Notes under the pieces: model-generated
What the model was told of the DNA's origin: nothing
The model's database searches: none
Seen by the model: the letters and a program-made list of their open reading frames with translations, nothing else
In this document: positions 13,219 to 24,050 of the stretch, piece after piece
Position numbering within the stretch: the stretch's first letter is position 1
How the letters are laid out: each line of letters begins with the position of its first letter
Position numbers and translations under genes: made by a program
Assembly: GCF_028641065.1 (NCBI RefSeq)
Contig: NC_073381.1
Coordinates: 56,296,001 to 56,360,000 of the forward strand
Length of the DNA stretch: 64,000 bases
Direction of reading: 5' to 3'
DNA from: Leucoraja erinacea
Taxonomy: Eukaryota

Positions 13219-14637
13219 TCAAGAGTCAAGAGTGTTTTATTGTCATATGTCCCGGACGGGACAATGAAATTCTTACTTGCTGCAGCACAACAGAATATGT
13301 GAATATGTAAACATTGTATATAACGGGGAAAAAAAGAAAAAGTTAAATAAATAACAAATATAGTACAAATAACAAGTAATAATATGGTCTTTTGCAGTTC
13401 AGAGCTCACAGCTTATTCGTTTGTTTAATAGCCTGATGGCTGTGGGGAAGAAGCTGTTCCTGAACCTGGACATTACAGTTTTCAGGCTCCTGTACCTTCT
13501 TCCAGATGGCAGTGGTGAGAGAAGTGTGTGGCCAGGATGGTGTGGGTCCTTCATGATTTTGGCTGCCTTTTTGAGGCTGCGACTGTGATCACTTCAATGG
13601 TGGGGAGGTCAAAGCCGGTGATGGACTGGGCAGTGGTCACACTTTTTGAGGTCTTTTTCGCTCCTGGACATTCAAGTTGCCGATCCAGGCCATGATGCAA
13701 CCAGTCAGAATGCTCTCTACCGTGCACCTTTAGAGGTTTAGGAGAATCCTCTTTGACATGCCGAATATCCATAATCTTCTAGAGTCGCTGATGTGCCTTC
13801 TTTACAATTGCATCCGTGTGCTGGGTCCAGGAAAGATCTTCTGATATATGCACGCCCAGGAATTTGGAGTTATTGACCCTCTCCACCATCGTCCCGTTGA
13901 TATAAACAGGATTGTGGGTCCTCATCCTTCCCCTACTAAAGTCCATAATCAGTTCCTTGGTCTTACTGATGTTGAGAGCCAGGTTGTTGTGCTGGCACCA
14001 TTTGGTCAGTCGGTCAATCTCATTCCTATACTCTGACTTGGCCCCATCTGTGATCCGTCCAATCACAGTGGTGTAATCGGCGAACTTGATGATGGAGTTG
14101 CACTATGACCAGCACCACAGTCATGGGTATAGAGTGAGCAAAGCAGGGGGCTGAGCATGCAGCCTTGAGGTGCTCCCATACTAATGGGTACTGAGGATGT
14201 AGTGGTTCCTCCAATTCGAACAGACTGTGGTTTGTGGAAGTCAAGGATCCAATTGCAGAGGGATGCGCAGATGCCCAGTTCCGTGAGCTTGGTAACCAGC
14301 TTGGAAGGGAGGATGGTCTTAAACGCCGAGCTGTAGTCTATAAACAACAACCTGACGTAGCTGTTTTTATTGTCCAAGTGGTCCAGTGCGGAGTGGATAG
14401 CCAGTGAAATTGCATCTACCGTTGACCTGTTTTGGCGGTATGCGAAATGAATTTGGTTGAGGTTCTTGTCGAGGTAGGAGTTGATGTGCACCATAACCAA
14501 CCTCTCAAAGCACTTCATCACCACAGACGTTAGTGCCACTGGTCGATAGTCATTGAGGCAAGTCACCTTACTCTTCTTGGGCACCGGTATTATTGATGCC
14601 CTCTTAAAGCAGGTGGGAACCTCAGAAGTGAGAGGTT
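13219..14637 (-). mobile_element. Rex1/Babar-type LINE, 5'-truncated and frameshifted
   Basis: ORFs 14063..14653, 14026..14244 and 13779..14066 are closely similar to the 5459..6310 protein. The tail is gacaataaaacactcttgactcttga. Confidence 0.9.
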
Positions 14638-15795
14638 GCGATTTGCAACTCAACTTGCGATTCAGAGTCCAACCTGTTGTTTGATCCTTTGTTGCTCAGG
14701 TATTTGCTTTCTTTGCCACATTATTCAATTGCTGTAAGTAGCGGCAAGTGACTCACTCCTGTGTTACCTGCAAGATTTTCTAGAGTAAAAGCACAAGCCA
14801 TTCGATCCAATTGTTGTGGTGTATGTCAATATTTATTTTCTATATAAACCATCGTTTTCTATATAAGCCACTGTTCAACCTCACTTTCCCATTACTTTGT
14901 GCCATGGATTTTTCAGGGTACCTGATAAATCAGTTGCCCTTCTTCCTTCTTGTGTCTGCAATACCTTCATATCATTGTCAGTCAAACACTTCCTGCAAGA
15001 TCCTGCCTTGATCAATGAATCAGTTAGGTTACAGCACAGTAGGAGGGCATTTGCTTTGCTGCCTGTGTGCAACTGTATGTATCCAACTTGCCCATTTCCC
15101 CTGTTTCTCCCTGTTGTTCTGCAACTACTTTCCTACTGAATGCTCATTCAGTTATAACTGAATCTGCCAACCTCGTGCATCCAATACCCAACCACTTGCT
15201 GTGTTTAAAAAAATCTTTCCTTATGTCACGCTTCAGTCTTTTGACAGTCATCTTTTTTTCATTTCTCGACCCTTTTACTCATGGAAGTTGTTTCCCTCTT
15301 TCTATTCTGACTGGATCATTCATGATTTTAAATACCTTTATCTGATCACCGTGTAAACTCTCAGGTTTCACACAGAACAATCCCAGTTTTTTCCACTTGA
15401 TCCATATAACTGAAGTTATTCATTCCTGGAATAATTTTGATAAAATCTGTCATGAAGAAACTCCATTAGTTGATTGTTTATTTCTCAGTGAAACAATGAA
15501 GAAAGGTCAGGCCTAAAAATCAAAGGCTGGTGGGATTATGGTCCCTCAGAAGCATTCCTTATAAATCACTTCTAATTTTCTTTTTTCTCTTTGACCTATA
15601 ACCAAGTGGTTGGTTCTTGGTTAAAATGCAGTTCTTTCAAAATACATAAGCTATTCCCCATTCCTTTAGATAGATGTTTCAATGGATATTTCAAATATTT
15701 TGCTTTATGATGTTTGTAGCTTATTAAGATTTACATTTGTATCCTCTACAAGTGCTATATTCCGATATGCTGTATCCCATGCCATGGATTGCATT

Positions 15796-16245
15796 TAGAA
15801 ACATAGAAACATAGAAATTAGGTGCAGGAGTAGGCCATTCGGCCCTTCGAGCCTGCACCGCCATTCAATATGATCATGGCTGATCATCCAACTCAGTATC
15901 CCGTACCTGCCTTCTCTCCATACCCCCTGATCCCCTTAGCCACAAGGGCCACATCTAACTCCCTCTTAAATATAGCCAATGAACTGGCCTCAACTACCCT
16001 CTGTGGCAGAGAATTCCAGAGATTCACCACTCTCTGTGTGAAAAAAGTTATTCTCATCTCGGTTTTAAAGGATTTCCCCCTTATCCTTAAGCTGTGACCC
16101 CTTGTCCTGGACTTCCCCAACATCGGGAACAATCTTCCTGCATCTAGCCTGTCCAACCCCTTAAGAATTTTGTAAGTTTCTATAAGATCCCCTCTTAATC
16201 TTCTAAATTCTAGAGAGTATAAACCAAGTCTATCCAGTCTTTCTT
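15796..16245 (-). mobile_element. Young CR1 3' fragment
   Basis: ORF 15893..16294 encodes EERLDRLGLYSLEFRRLRGDLIETYKILKG...QRVVNLWNSLPQ, with a (tttctatg)n tail. Confidence 0.9.
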
Positions 16246-16439
16246 CACTGTCAAGCATGGCAATTGTTGATGAAAAATGGGAATTATTTTGCACATAGTC
16301 CTGACAGGTTGGGAAATGAATGAGGATTCCTAAAGTGCATAAACATATAACTGACTGACAATGATACAGCCAGAAGCAGTGAGAGCTAGTATTTCAGGAG
16401 GGGATAATTTGGAAAATTAGGGAATTAATCAGCCAATAT

Positions 16440-18200
16440 AAGCAAGGTTTGCTCTAGTGGAGTGGCCTGTTGGTCAGGGGCCTTGTCAAGGGAAGTGCCT
16501 GGTGAGAAAAGTGCGAGTCTTTGGCTCAAGAGTCTTCGGCGAGGAGGCTGAGAGAAGGAGGCTACACTTGATTGAAATTTGTGATTTTTGTCTACTGAAG
16601 AAATGTCAGGCATGTTGGTGCAGTAGGTGTCCTGCAGGATGTGGGATGGCAGGGACACCGCTGGAGCTTCTGGAAACTACACCTGCGGAAATTGTGTCCA
16701 GGTGCAGCTCCTGAATGAACGAGTTGGGGAACTGGAGAAGCAGCTGGATGACCTCAGGGCCATACGAGAAAACAAGAGTTTCCTGGACAAGACTTACAGT
16801 AAGGAAGAACGAAAGTTGGTGATTGAGGCAAAGGGTGGTAACCGTGGCGTGCAGGAGACCCAGGCAGCTGTGCCTAATGAAAACAGGTACACCCTCTTGG
16901 AAGCTGACGGGGCAGAAGATGCTTCCAGTTCGAGCGGCAGACACGCCGGTGGCTCCAATCCTAGCGATGAGACTCGACTGGCTAGACCGGCGTCGGGCAG
17001 AGCCCTAGTGGTGGGCGACTCCATTGTCCGAGGTGTGGACTGGAGATACTGTGGTAGCAGGCGAGACTCAAGGATGGTCTGTTGCCTCCCTGATGCCAGG
17101 GTTCAAGATATCACAAAGCAAATTCAGAACATCCTTGAGCGGGAAGGTGAACAGCCAGCAGTAGTTGTGCTCGTGGGCACAAACGACATCGGGAAGAATG
17201 CGAAGGAGGTTCTGCAACGCGAGTTTACAGAGTTGGGAAGAAGACGGAAAAGCAGGACTTCTAGGGTGGTTATCTCTGGATTGCTTCCAGTACCTCGTGC
17301 TAGTGAGGACAGGAACAAGGAGATAGGGGATCTGAATGTGTGGCTGAGGGGCTGGTGCAGGGAGCAAGGATTTAGATTTATAGAACACTGGGATCTCTTC
17401 TAGGGTACGGGTGACCTGTACAAAAGGGACAGGTTACACCTTAACTGGAGGAGGACCGATATTCTGGCAGGTAGGTTTCCTAGTGCTACACGTGTGGGTT
17501 TAAACTAAATAGTGGGGGGGGGGAAGGGATTGACAAATTGTGAGTATAAAGATGGAGTTAAAGGGGAAGTGAGTATAGGAAAAGTTACAAAAGACTCCCG
17601 AATTAATGGGAAAGAAAGTTCGTGAAGGGATAAGAGAGTAAGGTCAGGGCCAATAATGACCGGTGTGAGAGGGGATGTGAATATCAAAGTTAAAGTGTTG
17701 TATATGAATGCGCGAAGTATAAGAAATAAAGTAGATGAGCTTGAGGCTGTTAGAAATTGGCAAGTATGATGTTGTGGGAATTGCAGAGACATGGTTGCAA
17801 GAGGACCAGGGCTGGGAACTGAATATTCACCATTGCCATCGGGAAGAAGGTACAGGAGCCTGAGAACTGTAACGTCCAGGTTCAGGAACAGCTTCTTCCC
17901 TTCTGCCATCAGGTTATTAAACACAATAACAAATAAGCTCTGAGCTCTGAACTGCAAAAGACTATATTATTATTGCACTATATTTGTTATTTTTCTCTTC
18001 CCCCGTTATGTACTATGTTTACATATTCACATATTGTGTTGTGCTGCAGCAAGTAAGAATTTCATTGTCCCATCCGGGACATATGACAATAAAACACTCT
18101 TGACTCTTCTTTACTTGGCTGTACGTCCTATCGAAAAGACAGAACGGTGGGCAGAGGGGATGGGGTAGCTCTGTTGGTGAGGGATAAAATTTAGTCCCTA
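16440..18200 (+). mobile_element. CR1 5' portion: ORF1 (zinc finger/coiled coil plus SGNH esterase) and start of the ORF2 endonuclease; 3' part missing
   Basis: ORF 16627..17403 has CRMW...YTCGNC, a coiled coil (LNERVGELEKQLDDLR), LVVGDSIVRG and VGTNDIG. A TGG-to-TAG stop lies at 17401 and the frame continues to DRLHLN. ORF2 begins VLYMNARSIRNKVDEL at about 17695. Confidence 0.9.
17829..18108 (+). mobile_element. Rex1-type 3' tail inserted into the CR1 endonuclease region
   Basis: ttgccatcgggaagaaggtacaggagcctg ... gacaataaaacactcttgactctt. CR1 sequence resumes at about 18117. Confidence 0.8.
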
Positions 18201-18469
18201 AGTACATTTCAAAGCACTCACTAGCCTACTAGTCTGCCCATTGCACCAGTAAAACACAATTTCCTGTGAGCACAGTTTGGCAGAGGCTCGTTGACTATCT
18301 GCAATGTCCTTGAGAGGAACATAAGGAGTAGACAACAGATTCCTCATGTGCCTTTCAATGAGATTGTGGCTAATCTTTTATCTCAAAATCACTTTCAGCA
18401 GTTACTCCATATTCCTTGCATCCCTCCATATCTAATTGTTTGTTGATATCTGTGACTGAATCTCCTAGT

Positions 18470-19065
18470 TTACTTTAGTTTATTGTCATGTGCACCGAGG
18501 TTTTGTTGCATGCTATGCAGTCTGCGGAAAGACCATACATGGTTACAATCGAGCCATCTACAGTGTACAGATACATGATAACATGTAGTCCAAGATAAGG
18601 TCCAGTAAAGTCGGATAAAGACAGCCTGAGGGTCTCCATTGAGGTAGGACCAATCTCTGGTTGTTGATAGGATGGTTCAGTTGCCTGTTAACAGCTGGGA
18701 AGAAATTGTGTTTCTGAATTTGGAGTTGTGGATTTCACACTTCTCTACCTCTTGTCTGCTGGGAGAGGTGAGACTTGTCCTTGATTATGCTGATGGGCTT
18801 GGCGAGGCAGCGTGAAGTATCTATGGCGTCAATGGAAGGGAAAGTTGGTTTGTGTAACGGGCTGAGCTGTGTCCACAATTCTCAGCAATTCCTTGCGGAC
18901 TTGCATGGAGCTGTTCCCAAACCGTGCTGTGATGCATCCAGATGAAATTATTTCTACTATGCATCTGTAGAAGTTGGTGAGAGTTGTTGGGGACATGACA
19001 CATGACTAAGCCTTCTAAGGAGGTAGAGCCATTGGTGCACTTTCTTGGCCATTGCTTTGATAGTT
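18470..19065 (-). mobile_element. Older Rex1-like 3' fragment; a related fragment lies at about 25715-26010
   Basis: Has the tttattgtcatgtg tail, gctgggaagaaa, and decayed FYRCIV/AWFGN coding. Confidence 0.65.
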
Positions 19066-19635
19066 CTTGGGTAGTGAAATCCAAAGATTCACCAACTTCT
19101 GGGTGAAGAAGTTTCTTCTCATATCTATTCTAAATGTCTGATCCCTTATTTGGGGAGAAAATAAAAAATAAAAGTGCAAAGTGCTGGAGTAAGTCAGCGG
19201 GTCAGGCAGCATCCATGGAAGACAAGCATTAGTGGGTTTTTTTTCCAGTTGGGACCCTTCTTCAGACACATTCCCGTATTTGGCAACTGTAGCCCCTGGT
19301 TCTGGACACTTTAACCAGGAAAAAGATCAGCTCTGCATCTACCGAGTCATTTTGTACGTTTCAATAACATCACTTCCCCTCAATATAAGATCAAGAGTAC
19401 ATGTCTGATCTCTTTAATCTCTCCTCACACAACAGACTGTCCCAGGAATCCTTCTGGTGAATTTTCATTATACAACTTTTATTGCTAGTGTCTCTTCCAT
19501 AGATAAGCAACTGTACTGATGGTCTTACCTGGGGCTCTGTATAATTGAAGTAAAACAACTTTAGTCTTGTACTCAAAACTACTTCCTATAAAGGGCTACA
19601 TATCATTTGTCCCACTGAAATGATTTCCATGTACC

Positions 19636-22370
19636 ACAACTCCATCCTATCCCCTATGGTCCAATCTCTCCCAACCTACGTATGTCCAAGACACCTCGCA
19701 TGCCCTTCGTCTCTTTAATGACTTCCGCTTTCCAAGCTCCCACTGCCTCATCTTTACTATGGATGTTCAGTCACTCGACACCTCCATCTCCCACCAGGAA
19801 GGCCTGAAAACTCTCCGATTCTTCCTCAACCGTAGAACCAGCCAATATCCCTCTACTAACACCCTCCTCCACCTAGCGGAGCTGGTCCTCACCCATAACA
19901 ACATCGACTCCACCCATTTCCTCCAAATTAAAGGCGTAGCTATGGACACTCATTTGGGCCCCAGTTATGCCTGCCTCTTTGTAGGGTACGATGAACAATC
20001 CCTGCTCCAGGCGTACACTAGCCCTATTCCCGAACTCTATCTCTGTTACATTGATGACTGCATCGGTGCTACCTCCTGCACTCATGGACTTCATTAACTT
20101 CACCACCAATCTTCATCCTGAACTCAAATTCACTTGGATCATCTCAGACACTTCCCGTCCCCTTTCTTGATCTTACCGTCGCCATCACGGGTGATAGATT
20201 ATCGACTGACGTTCATTCCAAACCCACTGACTCCCACAACTATCTTGAATACACTTCTTCCCGCCCTGCTTCCTGCAAAGATTCTATCCGCTACTCCTAA
20301 TTCCTCCGTCTACGCTGCATCTGCGTCCAAGATGAGGTGTTCCATACCAGGACATTCAAGGTTTCCTCATTCTTTTGGGACCAGAAGTTCCCCGCTTCCA
20401 TCATAGATGAGGCCCTCACACGTGTCTATTCGGTACTCCGCAAGTCTGCCCTTGCTCCCCCTCCCCCTAGTTGCAACAGGGACAGAGTCCCCCTAGTCTT
20501 TACCTTCCACCCCATCAGCCGTCGCATACAACACATAACCCTCCGACATTTTTGCCACCTCCAATGGGATCCCACCTCTAGTCACATCTTCCCATCTCCA
20601 CCCCTTACCGCCTTCCGCAGAGACCATTCCCTCCGCAACTCCCTGATTAAATCATCCCTTCCTACCCAAACCACCTACTCCCCAGGTACCTTACGCTGCA
20701 ACCGCAGGAGATGCAACACCTGTCCCTATACCTCCTCCTTCAACTCTGTCCAGAGACCCCAACAGTCCTTTCAGGTTAGGCAGAAGTTCAGTTGCACCTC
20801 CTCCAACCTCAACTACTGTATCCGTTGTTCAAAATGTGGACCCTTATAGATAGATAGATAGATAGATCCTTTATTGTCATTCAGACCTTACGGTCTGAAC
20901 GAAACTATGTTGCCTGCAGTCATACACAGAATCAATAATAACAAAACATACAATAAACACCAATTAAACATCCACCACAGTGAGTTCACCAAGCACATCC
21001 TCACTGTGATGGAGGCAAAGTCTTAGTTTCCATCTCTTCCCTCCTTGTTCTCCCTCTGCGCTGAGGCGGTCGATCCAGGCCGGAGATGCCGCTCTCCAGT
21101 CCAGCGGACCTCCGTGGTGATGTCGCCGCTGCCGATAGCCGGAACGCCATCCCCGCTCCGAGACGGCCCGCCACAGCATCAGCTCCGGGCCGCCGCCCCA
21201 GCTCCAGGTCGATGCCCCAGCTCCAGGTCGCCGCCCCAGCTCCAGATCCTGCAGTCTCCGCACCGGGCCGCTGCCCCAGCTCCAGGCCGATGCCCCAGCT
21301 CCAGGTCGCTGCCCCAGCTCCGGGTCCTGCAGTCTCCGCTCTGGGCCGCTGCCCCAGCTCCAGGCCGCCGCGCCAGCTTCTGGTCCCGCAGTCGCTGCTC
21401 CAGGTCCCGCCGTCTCCGCTCCGGGCCGCTGCCCCAGCTCCGGGCCCCGCTGCATCAGCCCCAGGCCGCCGCCGAAAGCCAGAACGCCGCACCAGCAAGT
21501 CGGGCCACCGCTGCTCAGCCCCGAAGACGGCCAGCCTCTCGTTGGTAAGTCCTGGCTGGCTCTGCCTCCGGAGCCTCGGGGTCGGTCGCAGGCTGGAGGC
21601 CGCCAGCTCCGCCATTAGGCCTCAGCGCAGACGGAGGCAGAGAAGGGGGATACGACATAAAAAAGTCGCATTCCCCCGAAGGAAGAGACAGAGAACATGT
21701 TCCACCCCCTCTAACACAACCCAACAAACTAAAACTTAACCAAAACAAGACAAAAAAAACAACAGAAAAAAGTAAAGACAGACGGACTGCAGGCGAGCCG
21801 CAGCTGTTAACAGCGCCGCCACTTCCGGTTCCGGTTATACATCGGTGAGGTCAAACATAGACTGGACGATCGTTTCACTGAACTTTGCTCAGTCCGCCTG
21901 GACCCACCTGATCTCCCGGTTGCTAAATACTTTAATTCCTCTTCCCATTCCCACACTGGCCTTTCTGTTCTGGGCCTCCTTCATTGTCAGTCTAAATGCA
22001 AATTTGAGGAACAGCATCGCATATTTTACTTGGGCAGCTTACAACCCAGGGGATGATTTCTCTAACCTCTGCTTTCCCTCTATCTCCATCCCTCCTCACC
22101 ATCGTCGCACCATCTCTTCGTTTTCACCTAGGAACCAGCTAACAATGGCCCGTTTCCTTTATCACTGTCACTTTTTTTGCGTATCTTTCTTTCATTTGTC
22201 CTATATCTCGCTGCATAATCATCTATATCTCTCATTTCTCTTTCAGTCTGAAGAAGGGTCTCGACCGAAACATCACCCACTCCTCTCCAGAGATGCTACC
22301 TGTCCCGCTGAGTTACTCCAGCTTTTTGTGTCTATTTGGTTTAAACCAGCATCTGTAGTTCCTTCCTATA
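19636..22370 (+). mobile_element. Penelope-like element (RT plus GIY-YIG plus hammerhead-bearing terminal repeat), decayed and interrupted
   Basis: RT motifs: TMDVQSL, QIKGVAMDTHLGPSYACLFVG, YIDDCIG. Linker: CNRRRCNTC. The GIY-YIG motif is split as ...NYCIRCSKCGPL | YIGE... by the insertion at 20849-21834. A hammerhead-like core lies at 22248-22274. Confidence 0.9.
20849..21834 (-). mobile_element. Non-coding non-autonomous retroposon (copy B), apparently full length, with a GC-rich minisatellite
   Basis: TTATA target duplication at 20844-20848 and 21835-21839. The 5' end is CCGGAAGTGGCGGCG and the 3' tail is ACAATAAAGGA(TCTA)n. An internal repeat has a 78-bp period. Confidence 0.8.
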
Positions 22371-22522
22371 CATATCATTCGCCTTAAGAATGTGCAAAAT
22401 ATGCATATTAACTTCTAAGGACACCCAGGTTTCTCTCAGCACAAACATTTTTGAATTTCTCAGCATTTTCAAAATACACTCTTATTTTATATCTTTCTTC
22501 CAAACAGGATGACCATCTATTT

Positions 22523-22961
22523 ATCACAATCACAATAATAATTTATTAGCCACATATGTTTTGCAACATACGAGGAATTTCATTTGCCAAGTCAGTCATA
22601 CAAATAAAAAGCAACGAAACACACGAAACACATTTTAACATAAACATCTCCACATTCCTCACTGTGATGGAAGACGATAAAAAGTTCAACCTCTTCCCTT
22701 TGCTCTCCCACGGTCGGGGGCCTTGAGCCCTCCGTTGACGGGATGATCTTGTCTCCCGTAGAGCGACCGGAGAACGCGATCCGAAAATTTATTGCATCTC
22801 GGGTAAAGTAATAAAATGAAAAAAAAGTTTCCCCCTCCCCCCACATGAAACAAACCAGAGAACATTTACACAGACTTTTAACACTAAAAATGTTTTAAAA
22901 AGAAGAAAAAACAAACAGACTCTTGGCAGGGCTGCCAATCGTGCGGCCCCCTTGGTGGTCC
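22523..22961 (-). mobile_element. Non-autonomous retroposon (copy C, short)
   Basis: Same core (aacataaacatctccacattcctcactgtgatggaag) and cggtcgggggccttgagccctccg as in copy A. The tail is AATAAA...(ttgtga)n. Confidence 0.7.
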
Positions 22962-23699
22962 ATGGCAGAGACAATATTCCCATTATATTGTCTTTGCCAT
23001 GTCCTCTGTGTATCTCCCTGATATTCATCAAGCGAGAGATCTCCTCTGCACTCAGAGATCTCCGTGGTGAGCCTCCAGAACAGTTCAGACATTAAAGTAT
23101 TGCTTTAGCAACTCTCTGGTTGTCCCTGTTATGTTCGTTTTGGATACATGGCTTTTTTTGCAAGAGCGTTCTGCTCTCCAACTCGCAGCGCTGACGAGAA
23201 CGGGAACCAGGTGTAAAGTACTTGAAGCTGGCCCAGGGCGTGTTATGGTGACTAGAATTTGGCAGGCGGAGTTAACTCCCACAACATAAATGAACTGTGC
23301 AAATATTTGGCTGTTTTACATAAGAAGAGTAGTAAGCCACCCAGCTCATTGAACCTGCTTGGTCATTCATTAAGACTATGGCAGATCACCATTTGCCAGC
23401 CCTATCCCATATCCATTTATTTGTTCAATATCCCAAAGTTGATCAGCCTGTGCTTTAAATACAGCAAGAGTATCTTCCCAAAACTCTGTTTTTTGTATTT
23501 GCCATTGAGTGAGGTCATTAACAGCTTGTGCATTCAAGGAATTAAATCCATTTGCATTTCCAGTAAGATTGCTCATTGGAGCCCTTGATGTGACGTTGTG
23601 GCAACCAGTCAACCGCTGTGTCATGGGGAAGCCCATGGTGTCAGCCAGCCCTGCACCCTAAGCGGCTGCTGCTGTCCCGTAATCAGGTGGACTTTCCAA

Positions 23700-24050
23700 G
23701 GACAGCTGCGAGCAGGGAACCAGGAGAAATTGCCGATTTGTCCACATACAGTCCGGAAAAAAAACCTTGATGCACAGAAATGCGGCAAAATAGTGGAGCA
23801 GGTTCAGGATCGTCTGCAGCAACTGGTAGGTCTCTCCCACCACCTCCCTGGAGGTCCTGGGTGTGTACAAGCACGGTTCTGAGAGGAACACAGATTTCCA
23901 CAATCCTTCTGACCAAAGTCTCTTTCCCCATCTTCGGACAGCTTGTCCTCTCTTCTTCTGCCACAGGACTTGCAGTAGTCCATCCATTTTTGACAAGAAA
24001 AAGGAGCACTGGAGATCCCAGATGATCCCTAGTTACACCACTCAGTGTGC
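23700..24050 (-). mobile_element. Possible very old L1/Tx1-like ORF2 C-terminal relic
   Basis: Frameshifted translation (LLQVLWQKK...W...LWKSVFLSE...QDL...VVGRDLPV) loosely resembles the Tx1 post-RT region. Recognised from memory only. Confidence 0.3.

Noticed and set aside
20964-21739. Four overlapping 160-217 aa ORFs on both strands
   Set aside because: They are a by-product of a GC-rich minisatellite lacking stop codons, and the translations are repetitive and low-complexity.
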